Below are positions 28,418 through 36,615 of a stretch of DNA of 64,000 nt, in pieces (the first letter of the stretch is position 1; every line of letters begins with the position of its first letter). The stretch comes from Escherichia coli (lineage in GTDB: Bacteria; Pseudomonadota; Gammaproteobacteria; Enterobacterales; Enterobacteriaceae): NCBI RefSeq assembly GCF_030013595.1, contig NZ_CP122768.1; one strand, written 5' to 3'. Position numbers and translations under genes: made by a program. Below the pieces are notes generated by a model. That model saw only the letters and a program-made list of their open reading frames with translations, made no database searches and had not been told where the DNA came from.

Positions 28418-29035
28418 ACGATAGTGTCCATTAAAAAATGATGGACATTATTTTTGTAGAGCCGGAGGAAACAGACCAGACGGTTTAAATGAGCCGGTTA
28501 CTTAAGATTTGTCATGTAATTATTTACAGTTACAGCCGATCTACCTGGTTGTGTAACAATATAGTTACTTTTGGGGCTCTGGTATCCAGTCAGTAGCTCT
28601 TTACGAACCTCCAGTAATTTTTCTTTATTAATCGATGAGGCAAGATTTTTTTCACCGATTATGCTCAGGATATTTTTGATGACGGCACGGTATGTGTTGA
28701 GTGATGTTTTTGCGACTTCAGTTTCTTTCAGTGCCAGAAATTTTTCAGCCAGTTCTTTTATGGTTAAATCTTGTCGGGTCTCACCAAATTTTTCCAGATT
28801 GCGTGAGGAGGGAAACTGTTTTGCATAGTCGAAAACACCAGTTTTTATTGCGTAACAAACAGAGGCGCGTAGCTCACCTGCAACGCGCCTGTTTTTTGCT
28901 GTGTCAGGAACCCCCAGGTTTTCCCTGACTCTTACGCCTTTATAAACAAACCAGATACGTAATTTCCCTCCATGGTTTTCCACGCCTGTCGGATATTTCA
29001 TTTCAACTTCTCTCATTAGTTAGTGTGGCTTTTAG

Positions 29036-29287
29036 TCAAGTAAGATGACGTCTTGGTCTTGCTGATGCCTGGCGCTCAATCCAGCGATCAATTTCTTCCA
29101 GGTTGTAAAAGCATGGACTGTTATCCCATGGCATACCGTCATGAGCGACATGCTTATATTCCCTTCCTTCCATAAACGATTTTTCCCGGGCCTTTTTTAA
29201 CGTACCTTTTTTTATTCCTTTCAGCGCAATTAACTGCTCTTCGGATACCCATTTGCCGGGAGAGACAATCATGATTACTTCGCTCAT
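29036..29287 (-). CDS. Putative excisionase
   Basis: Small basic protein directly upstream of int on the same strand. The start could be the internal MIVSPGKW. Confidence 0.55.
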   Translation of the reverse strand: MSEVIMIVSPGKWVSEEQLIALKGIKKGTLKKAREKSFMEGREYKHVAHDGMPWDNSPCFYNLEEIDRWIERQASARPRRHLT

Positions 29288-29359
29288 CGATTTCTTTATC
29301 TCTTACATCAGACGAGCGCCGGTTGCAGAATACCAGTCACAACCGGCGACAGTTGAACA

Positions 29360-31831
29360 TTAAGAATCAGCCTGACTCGGGATCAGTTTTTGCCAGATAA
29401 CTGAAACGTATTTTGCTTGGTAACGGGCGTCATCAAGTGCATTATGGCGCTCACCTTCGAATGGAATAGCCGTTCTGGCATCGAAATCTATGGCTTTCCC
29501 CAGCTCAACGATTGTGCGTACATCGCGATCGTTGTAGTAACGCCACGGGCAGGGGATCCCCTGCCGTTCGTATGAACGGCGCAAAATCGTGTTGTCGAAG
29601 TTGGCTCCATTTCCCCAAACCTGAACAAAAAATTCACCGGAGTTTTCGTCGATAAATTCCCGCAATTGTAACAGTGCATCATCTAACGGGATTTCATCGG
29701 TCATAATGGCAGATTGTGCTTCGCGTGATTGCTTAAGCCACCATTTAATGGTGTCCCGATCAATGACTCCGCCAGCAGTTTCCAGATCGATAGTCTTACT
29801 AAATTCCGGTCCTATATCTCCGGTTTGCGGATCGAAAAATATTGCACCTATTGAGATGATCGGTGCATCAGGATTTTTTCCCATGGTTTCAAGGTCGATC
29901 ATTAGATGGTCACACGTCCTGCTGGTGGATGTGATTTTGTGATGACCGTTCACCTTAATTGAGTGATCTGCCGTCTCGCCAGTTTCATTATCGCTATTGT
30001 GATGCTGATTGCCGCCAGTGTTCTCCTTGTGTGGATGTTCAGCGCCTTCCATTTCCTCCGGATCATCTTCCTGAACTTCAACCTGATACTCTTCATCGAA
30101 TGTTTCTTGGTATGTTGCGTCGCCCATCACCGCGCCACAATCAGGGCAGTTGCCGCCGCCGGTCTGACCGCAGGCGGTGCAGACTTTTTCCACTTCCTGT
30201 TGCGCCACTGGTTCAGGCTGTTTCGTTTCTGGCTCGTTTTGTAACGCATTTGGGCTGTTTTGTTCCGCTTTTTGGTAGTTCCGTTCCGATTCATGCTGGT
30301 TCTGGTTCACAGAATCGCGGGTCTGGATCCCCTTAACCCATTTCGGATCATTCGGGTCACTAATCCCTTCAACAAATTCACCATGTGATGCAGCAAGCAA
30401 CTTATCGGCGTCAGGCTGGCTGATATTGGCTGCCTGCATAATTTTGTTTACTTCGTCAGCGGTAACTTTTATCGGCTCTGGTTGTTCTGAATCTTCAGCG
30501 GTATCTACATTTTGCGGTAAGCCCGTGTATGTGCCATTTTTTCGGGCAAAATATTCTTCTTTTGTGATTTCAGTGGCGCCAGCAGCCAGTGCCTTATCTA
30601 GACCAGAAAGTTTGTTTGCGCGACCGTATTTTTCTCCGTCCTTATCTGCGAAGAGGAAATAGAACGGCCCCTCACGCTCTACAGATGGTTCAGCTTCCGG
30701 CGCGGTTTCATTTTTTGGGATATCAGATACCTCAGTTTCCACTGCATCAGTTTGTGTTTCTGATGACTGGAGAACATCAACAGTGCCCAGGTCTGTTTCT
30801 TCATTCTCAAACACGCCCTTTGTCGTCAGGTATTCGCAGATATATTTGTTCAGTGCTACGGGATCTTTGTGAATGTCGATCGGACGCTCACGGACAAGGC
30901 CAAAAATAGTTTGGCGGTCGTAGCGAAGGGCATCAGGCTGTTTGCGCATTGATGCCGAGATACGCTTCCAGTCTTCGCGGTCGTTGTCGATAACTTCTTT
31001 TTTTGCCCAGCGATGGATGCTGCCGTCAATGTTTCCGGCATCCACATCACCAGGCCAGAGAGCGTAGGCCAGTTCGTCATCCAGTGTTTTCCATGTCTGC
31101 TTGTATTCGCGATGAATGGCAGCAATGACCGGGCTGATTTTTCCTGTTGAATTTTCAGTGTACTGTTGATTGGCTCTGGCGCGGGCGAGATCAACAACAG
31201 ACGTGTATTTTCCGGTTTCCTTGCGTTCACCTTCGCGACGTTTTTTCCAGATGCGCATCTCTGCCTGAATTTCGGGCCATTTAGCACCAGGAATACATTT
31301 ATGCTTAACCCACCCAATGGCGTGCAACTTAAGCTCCGGATACATGGCGTTAACTTCTGGCATTTTCATCAACGCTTCAACGATATGTCCGTCGAATGTT
31401 GCCATGTCTTCCTGCAACAATTCCTGTGCGCTAATAACCATATCAACGGTGATGTTTTCACATGTGTCGAACTTAACCATGACAGCGTTCTGTACTTCAG
31501 GGGCCAGCTTGTCAAAAGTGACGTTCATCGGATCGGATTCAGTCTCAACCGGGACAAAAGAAGCAGACTCCTCATCCCAGCGGTTTTCCTGCATATATTC
31601 AGCATCCCATGAATCGAGGGCAGGGCGGGGTATGCCAGGTTTATCCTCGCAGACAATAAATTTATAAGCGCAGTCCTGAGCAGCCGGATAATGTTCCAGG
31701 AACTGCCAGTGAAATTTTGCTCGAGCACGGCGTTCGTCGCCAGCTTCAATGGCTGTGGCTACAGCCACAGCGCCTTCTTCCCTTGTTGCCAGTTCGTCAG
31801 GAATAGCGGCGCAAATAAAGACTTTACTCAT
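29360..31831 (-). CDS. ydfE: Full-length YdfE-like protein with C-terminal DEDD-type 3'-5' exonuclease domain (823 aa)
   Basis: The N-terminus MSKVFICAAIPDELATREEG matches the K-12 Qin YdfE fragment. Zinc ribbon CTACGQTGGGNCPDCG. C-terminus MIDLETMG...GNGANFDNTIL...HNALDDARY is DnaQ-like. Confidence 0.75.
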   Translation of the reverse strand: MSKVFICAAIPDELATREEGAVAVATAIEAGDERRARAKFHWQFLEHYPAAQDCAYKFIVCEDKPGIPRPALDSWDAEYMQENRWDEESASFVPVETESDPMNVTFDKLAPEVQNAVMVKFDTCENITVDMVISAQELLQEDMATFDGHIVEALMKMPEVNAMYPELKLHAIGWVKHKCIPGAKWPEIQAEMRIWKKRREGERKETGKYTSVVDLARARANQQYTENSTGKISPVIAAIHREYKQTWKTLDDELAYALWPGDVDAGNIDGSIHRWAKKEVIDNDREDWKRISASMRKQPDALRYDRQTIFGLVRERPIDIHKDPVALNKYICEYLTTKGVFENEETDLGTVDVLQSSETQTDAVETEVSDIPKNETAPEAEPSVEREGPFYFLFADKDGEKYGRANKLSGLDKALAAGATEITKEEYFARKNGTYTGLPQNVDTAEDSEQPEPIKVTADEVNKIMQAANISQPDADKLLAASHGEFVEGISDPNDPKWVKGIQTRDSVNQNQHESERNYQKAEQNSPNALQNEPETKQPEPVAQQEVEKVCTACGQTGGGNCPDCGAVMGDATYQETFDEEYQVEVQEDDPEEMEGAEHPHKENTGGNQHHNSDNETGETADHSIKVNGHHKITSTSRTCDHLMIDLETMGKNPDAPIISIGAIFFDPQTGDIGPEFSKTIDLETAGGVIDRDTIKWWLKQSREAQSAIMTDEIPLDDALLQLREFIDENSGEFFVQVWGNGANFDNTILRRSYERQGIPCPWRYYNDRDVRTIVELGKAIDFDARTAIPFEGERHNALDDARYQAKYVSVIWQKLIPSQADS

Positions 31832-31924
31832 TTTGTTTTAACCTCATGACAGATTTAAGGATGAACAAATCCCTGCCATTGCTGGCATATAAGAATGAAA
31901 CCGGATATTTATTACGGAACTGTT

Positions 31925-32116
31925 TTAAAGACCTGCCGGGATTTCGATATTATCCTGGTGAATAACTTTATCGACCGGGTAACAGTTACCGGGAATTTTC
32001 TGTTCGGTTGCTGCAGTCATACACTCCTGCATTGTCCTGTGAACACTGTCTGCAATATCAACTGGCTCTCCGGAAACAAGAAAAACTGTCAGAACAAGCG
32101 CAAATGCTGAATTCAT
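31925..32116 (-). CDS. ydfD: YdfD (Qin lysis-associated small protein)
   Basis: MNSAFALVLTVFLVSGEPVDIA... 63 aa. Its ATG overlaps the dicB stop (ATGA). Confidence 0.8.
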   Translation of the reverse strand: MNSAFALVLTVFLVSGEPVDIADSVHRTMQECMTAATEQKIPGNCYPVDKVIHQDNIEIPAGL

Positions 32117-32301
32117 TGTGTACATCCTTTTGGCATCAGACGTAAACGAGCCAGCATTGAAACAATGCATATTTTATTTAATAGCTCCCGTTCTTGTTTT
32201 CTCTTGTTAATGGCATCTTCAGTAAATACAGGGTTACTGATAGTGACACCAATTTCAAAACAACCTTCAGACGTATTAACGTTTGGTAATAACGTTTTCA
32301 T
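32113..32301 (-). CDS. dicB: Cell-division inhibitor DicB
   Basis: MKTLLPNVNTSEGCFEIGVTISNPVFTEDAINKRKQERELLNKICIVSMLARLRLMPKGC.Q, 62 aa, essentially the K-12 sequence. Confidence 0.9.
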   Translation of the reverse strand: MKTLLPNVNTSEGCFEIGVTISNPVFTEDAINKRKQERELLNKICIVSMLARLRLMPKGCTQ

Positions 32302-32470
32302 TATCGCGTCCTCAACAATGAATTTTGTGATGCAGTGCCTGGTGCCTCCAGGTGACGTTAACCAGTTAACAATTAACGCCGGATACAGAGAATCCACCCA
32401 TAACACTGTTTTTGGTTTTAACTGTTCCGCGTGCGCTTAGCCGCATTCACCGCATCACAAAATTCACTTT

Positions 32471-32528
32471 AAAAACGGCGGCAGAGCAGTCACGGAGTAA
32501 AACTGATACCGCCAAACGTCACCAGAAA
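32471..32528 (-). ncRNA. dicF: DicF small RNA (ftsZ-targeting) with its terminator
   Basis: The minus strand reads TTTCTGGTGACGTTTGGCGGTATCAGTTTTACTCCGTGACTGCTCTGCCGCCGTTTTT. This matches the 53-nt K-12 DicF as I remember it, and lies just upstream of dicB. Confidence 0.85.
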
Positions 32529-32803
32529 ATTGATAACAGAGGGCGTTGCAGCGGGGTTGTCACTTAAGCGTATGGTCAACCTGACAACTCGGTGTCCTCA
32601 ACGGGGAAGGAATAACCCCGCCATACTTACCGCCGCGCCATTTCGCGGGTTGCCACAACCGGAAGCGCACGGTCGAATTAAATTTAACGACACCGTACAG
32701 TGAGACGAACTTCGCCGTGCGCTTTCGTGTTGTGTGCCTGCTTTTAACCACGTCAGGCGAGGTGGTATCCTTCTTATCCCGAATAACCAAGAAGGAAATC
32801 TAT

Positions 32804-33004
32804 ATGACTAAAGAAGAATTTGTCTCTTATATTTTTGATAAAAAGGTTGAAATGTATGCCGCTACTTACGGGTCCTGTAATCCTCTGAATAAACCAGAGG
32901 GGAAAGATGATTTCGACAAAATTTACCGCTTCTTGGAGGACCGCTATATCAAAAGGTTAGAGGACGCAGGGATCAAATCCCCAGTGAAGTCACCATTGTC
33001 CTGA
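32804..33004 (+). CDS. Hypothetical 66-aa protein, opposite strand to the dicB operon
   Basis: ATG at 32804 after GAAGGAAATCT. AT-rich, K/E/D-rich product MTKEEFVSYIFDKKVEMYAATYG.... Confidence 0.4.
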   Translation: MTKEEFVSYIFDKKVEMYAATYGSCNPLNKPEGKDDFDKIYRFLEDRYIKRLEDAGIKSPVKSPLS

Positions 33005-33350
33005 GAACTTGCAGGACGTCATGATCGTAACTTCCATCCAAACCGCGACGGCAAATTGCTTCTCGTATTACCGGAAGCAGTTCGCTGGAAATCTCGGTGC
33101 ATATTTCACCTGATAATACGCCTGGCTCAAGTGAGAATATTGGTGAACTTACGGTCTTGGTCTCGACAGTTTCAGAGTCAGTGCCAACATTATAAAGCTC
33201 AACGAAAGCGGTCTTGATTTTCCGGGCCAGATCTTTTGCTGGCTCGCTTGCAATATCTTTCCCGATTTCTCGCAGCACAGAATGCAATGTATGAGCTGCT
33301 GTTTTCTGTACATCAGACGGTAAATCTTTAAATTCCATCGTCAGCCTCAT
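32973..33350 (-). CDS. Hypothetical protein (121-125 aa) in the ydfB/ydfC position of the dicB operon
   Basis: Its start overlaps the ydfA stop (TGATGA). Alternative start MEFKDLPSDV. Confidence 0.5.
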   Translation of the reverse strand: MRLTMEFKDLPSDVQKTAAHTLHSVLREIGKDIASEPAKDLARKIKTAFVELYNVGTDSETVETKTVSSPIFSLEPGVLSGEICTEISSELLPVIREAICRRGLDGSYDHDVLQVLRTMVTSLGI

Positions 33351-33502
33351 CAGTCAGTGTTTCTGGCTAACCAGCAACGCGCGCCAGATTCGGTTTTAAA
33401 CGTTTTGCTTTTGGTATACGTCATCGCGGTGAACGTGCCGTCCTGGTTGGGGAACACGCCACATACCAGAGATTCGCTGTTGCCAAGATCGATAGTATCC
33501 AT
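33350..33502 (-). CDS. ydfA: YdfA (DUF1391)
   Basis: MDTIDLGNSESLVCGVFPNQDGTFTAMTYTKSKTFKTESGARCWLARNTD, 51 aa. Confidence 0.8.
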   Translation of the reverse strand: MDTIDLGNSESLVCGVFPNQDGTFTAMTYTKSKTFKTESGARCWLARNTD

Positions 33503-33670
33503 GCTGACCTCATTTCCCCTTAACGCCGGGGTAGCGGAACTGTTTGCTGAGAACACCGTGCGGTGTCTTGATGGAAAGTAATTTAGAATAACCTAACATA
33601 AGAGGCAAGTGTTTTTTGTTAGATTAGTCTAACAAAAAGAGTGGGCGCAACTAATCACTTGAAAAGAATG

Positions 33671-34078
33671 TTATTTTATTGATTTATTTTTACGCGCTTT
33701 AAGCATTTCTTCGAAGAGTTTGTTGAAGTTTTCTACTCTTGCGCGCATTTCAGACAGCAAGGCTTCCTGCTCGGAAGATGGAAGAGCATCGAATAATTCG
33801 ATCAATTCTTTGTGGTTGGGAGTTAGCTCTGTTTCCACATGAAGTTCTTGTGCCGGCACTGGTGCCTTGTCTTCGTCACCAAACATTAGCCATGTAGGTG
33901 AGCACTTCAGAGCATCCGCTAAAGCAAACAATCGTTTTCCGACTGGCTGGGTTTCGTCTCTTTCCCATTGTGAAATTGTGACGTGAGCAACCCCAGCGAG
34001 GCGCGCAGCTTCTCGTTGTGTTAAGCGTAATTCTTTTCGTCGCGCCAGAACTCGCTGGCCTAGGGTTCTTGTATCCAT
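33671..34078 (-). CDS. DicA-like XRE-family repressor (cI-type immunity repressor)
   Basis: HTH LTQREAARLAGVAHVTISQWERDETQPVGKRLFALADALKCSPTWLMFGDEDK and a C-terminus like DicA (EMRARVENFNKLFEEMLKARK). Divergent from the dicC-like gene. Confidence 0.8.
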   Translation of the reverse strand: MDTRTLGQRVLARRKELRLTQREAARLAGVAHVTISQWERDETQPVGKRLFALADALKCSPTWLMFGDEDKAPVPAQELHVETELTPNHKELIELFDALPSSEQEALLSEMRARVENFNKLFEEMLKARKNKSIK

Positions 34079-34158
34079 AGTTAGGTAATTCTAATTTTTC
34101 TTGACTTAGGTATCCCGCGCACAATAATGTTAGAAAAGTCTAACAATAGGAGGCTTTG

Positions 34159-34386
34159 ATGCTTAAAGCTGACGCAATTACTTTTTTTGGCAGCAAAACA
34201 AAGCTTGCCAATGCCGCAGGAGTGAGACTGGCAAGTGTTGCTGCTTGGGGGATACTGGTTCCTGAAGGTCGCGCGATGCGTCTACAGGAGGCATCTGGCG
34301 GGGAGCTTCAGTATGATCCCAAAGTTTATGACGAATATCGTAAGACGAAGCGGGCGGGGCGGTTGAACAATGAAAATCACTCCTGA
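34159..34386 (+). CDS. dicC: DicC-like Cro-type regulator
   Basis: MLKADAITFFGSKTKLANAAG...VPEGRAMRLQEASGGELQYDPKVYDEYRKTKRAGRLNNENHS. Confidence 0.8.
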   Translation: MLKADAITFFGSKTKLANAAGVRLASVAAWGILVPEGRAMRLQEASGGELQYDPKVYDEYRKTKRAGRLNNENHS

Positions 34387-34891
34387 ACAGGCTCGTGAGG
34401 CTCTGGATGCCTGGATATGTCGACCAGGAATGACACAGGAGCAGGCGACGATATTAATCACTGAAGCATTCTGGGCTTTGAAAGAGCGCCCGAACATCGA
34501 TGTTCAGCGTGTCACAGATGAAGGTGGCGCGGTTGATCAGCGAGCGCTTGGCGTTAATCGAGTGAAGATATTCGAACGCTGGAAGGCTATCGACACTAGG
34601 GATAAGCGTGAAAAGTTCACGGCGCTAGTGCCTGCAATTATGGAGGCTATCCGGATTAATGATTTCAGGTTGTATCGTGAAATTAGTGACGGAAAAAGCA
34701 TCACGTACATGATCGCCGGGTTAAACAAAGAATATGGCGATGTGGTGGAGTCCGGACTGCTTTTTGCTGATCCTGCCGTAGTGGATCGTGAAACTGACGA
34801 ACTTATAGAAAAAGCAATTGCTTTCAAACTTGCGTATCGACTGCAATACCAACAAAAAGCTGGATGGAATTATGAGCCTTCTTTTTGCTGA
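34370..34891 (+). CDS. Hypothetical protein in the cII position (173 aa)
   Basis: Overlaps the dicC end and the next gene's start. No domain recognised. Confidence 0.55.
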   Translation: MKITPEQAREALDAWICRPGMTQEQATILITEAFWALKERPNIDVQRVTDEGGAVDQRALGVNRVKIFERWKAIDTRDKREKFTALVPAIMEAIRINDFRLYREISDGKSITYMIAGLNKEYGDVVESGLLFADPAVVDRETDELIEKAIAFKLAYRLQYQQKAGWNYEPSFC

Positions 34892-35837
34892 ACGCCCACT
34901 GGTTATAAACACACAGCTTGCGATGAAGATTGGCTTAAATGAAGCCATTGTGTTGCAGCAGTTGCATTACTGGTTGAGAGATACCAATTCCGGCATGGAA
35001 TGTGATGGTGTTCGCTGGATTTACAACACAACGGAACAATGGCTGGAACAGTTCCCATTCTGGCCAGAGTCAACGTTAAAGCGCGCGTTTGCAAGTCTGA
35101 AAACGCTGGGGCTTTTGCGTTGTGAAAAGCTCAATAAATCAAAGCGCGATATGACCAATTTCTACACGATCAACTATGGGAGCGAGCTTTTAGATGGTGG
35201 CAAATTGAACGAATCCATCGGTTCAAAATGCGCCGCTCCATCAGGTCAAAATGACACGATGGAAGAGGTCAAAATGAAACGCTCCATTGGTTCAAAACGA
35301 CCCAATGTCATCGGGTCAAAATGGCCTGATGATCTTACAGAGAATACAACAGAGATTACTACAGAGAATAAAAACACTTTTCGTCCGGAAGCTTCGCAAC
35401 CGGACCCGCAGACCGCTGAACAGGATTTTTTAACCCGGAACCCCGACGCGGTTGTGTTTAGTGCGAAAAAACGCCAGTGGGGTAGCAGGGAGGATTTGGC
35501 GTGTGCGCAGTGGATTTGGGGGCGGATCGTGAACCTTTACGAACAGGCTGCCAGCGACGATGGAGAGATCATGCGACCAAAAGAGCCTAACTGGACAGCC
35601 TGGGCCAATGACGTGCGCACAATGCGGATGCTGGATGGCAGAAGCCACAGACAAATTTGCGAAATGTTTGGTCGGGTACAGCGAGATCCATTCTGGGTAA
35701 AAAACATCATGAGCCCGTCAAAACTCCGCGAAAAATGGGACGAACTGGTCATCCGCTTGGGACGTTCACCTGTACAGCGTTGTGTGAATCATATTTCTGA
35801 ACCGGATACAGAAATTCCGCCTGGTTTCAGGGGATAA
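34872..35837 (+). CDS. Replication initiator / replisome-organiser protein (O-like), contains the origin iterons
   Basis: ATG at 34872. N-terminal winged-helix pattern LNEAIVLQQLHYWL...WIYNTTEQWLEQFPFW. Internal SIGSK repeats are encoded by the DNA iterons. Confidence 0.7.
   Translation: MSLLFAERPLVINTQLAMKIGLNEAIVLQQLHYWLRDTNSGMECDGVRWIYNTTEQWLEQFPFWPESTLKRAFASLKTLGLLRCEKLNKSKRDMTNFYTINYGSELLDGGKLNESIGSKCAAPSGQNDTMEEVKMKRSIGSKRPNVIGSKWPDDLTENTTEITTENKNTFRPEASQPDPQTAEQDFLTRNPDAVVFSAKKRQWGSREDLACAQWIWGRIVNLYEQAASDDGEIMRPKEPNWTAWANDVRTMRMLDGRSHRQICEMFGRVQRDPFWVKNIMSPSKLREKWDELVIRLGRSPVQRCVNHISEPDTEIPPGFRG
35214..35323. repeat. Five iterons CCATyGGTyCAAAAyG (phage ori) inside the replication gene
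   Basis: GGT(T)CAAAA cores at 35220, 35244, 35267, 35289 and 35313 (~23-24 bp spacing). Followed by an AT-rich ACAGAGAwTA x3 stretch at 35335-35375. Confidence 0.75.
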
Positions 35838-35877
35838 GTGTTGATTTCAGGTCATGAGGTAATTTTAAGGAGGACTT

Positions 35878-36273
35878 GTGGCAAAAGTTTTTACACAGGA
35901 AGAGCGGGAAAAAATTAAAGAGCAGGTGGTCGAACTTGTGCGCCAGAGCGGTCGCGAGACATTACGACAGTTGGAAGCTAAAACAGGTGCGACAAGATAT
36001 CTGATGAGCATTCTTGCCAGAGAGCTGGTTGCCAGTGGTTATGTATACAACTCCGGCTACGGGTTATTCCCGTCTGAACAGGCACGAAAGGACTGGCAAA
36101 ATGCCCGCAAAAAACTCTCTAGGGCGAAGGTGAAGAAACCCGCTGTGGTTGATCCGGACCTTATCTGGTCACTACCTGATGGAGAAATACGTCGCTACGA
36201 CAGTCGTCTAAACATAATCTGTCGCGAGTGCCGGAAGAGCGAAGTTATGCAGCGCATATTGTCGTTTTATTAG
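35878..36273 (+). CDS. Hypothetical 131-aa protein downstream of the replication gene
   Basis: GTG start after AAGGAGGA. Basic protein with C-terminal CRECRK. Confidence 0.5.
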   Translation: MAKVFTQEEREKIKEQVVELVRQSGRETLRQLEAKTGATRYLMSILARELVASGYVYNSGYGLFPSEQARKDWQNARKKLSRAKVKKPAVVDPDLIWSLPDGEIRRYDSRLNIICRECRKSEVMQRILSFY

Positions 36274-36615
36274 GGAAATGTTCGGTATCTATTTAAGTGA
36301 CGAGATTAAAGTGCATTAGTTAAGATGTAAATTGACATTTTCATGGCATAGGGTAGAGGTAGCGTGGTTGTCTGCTTTGTGCCATGAACTGATGTCGCTT
36401 GTGTGCGTGGCAATTAGTGTATAACGGATATCATCAGACTCCAGCAGTAGCATTGCTTGAGCATACTAACATATGAAATCTTTAGTTAACGTAAGATAAA
36501 TTAGATTTAGTTTTTTTGAGTATGAGCTCATAAATAATCAAAAAAACTTGATACGCCATATGACTTTGATTTATTTTGGGAAAATATAAAGGTAATGTAA
36601 TGTAAAGAGGAAAAT

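Larger units (their letters stand above)
25802..28501 (-). mobile_element. IS66-family insertion sequence, copy 2 (2700 bp, inverted relative to copy 1)
   Basis: Same termini as copy 1. 8-bp TSD TTAAGATT at 25794-25801 and 28502-28509. All six-frame ORF translations are identical to copy 1. Confidence 0.92.
25013..29001 (-). pseudogene. Prophage tyrosine integrase disrupted by IS66 copy 2
   Basis: N-terminal part 28510..29001 (MKYPTGVENHGGKLRIWFVYKG...) and C-terminal part 25013..25801 (..RPGELCALGWEDID..HRKSYQSRHTYACW..GHADAQMVFQVYGKW) are in phase once 25802..28509 is removed (checked by hand), giving a 426-codon ORF. Confidence 0.88.

Noticed and set aside
32560-32790. 76-aa minus-strand ORF just upstream of dicF (possible ydfC equivalent)
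   Set aside because: Position fits K-12 ydfC, but I cannot recall the ydfC sequence and the product looks basic and low-complexity. It is left unannotated rather than guessed.
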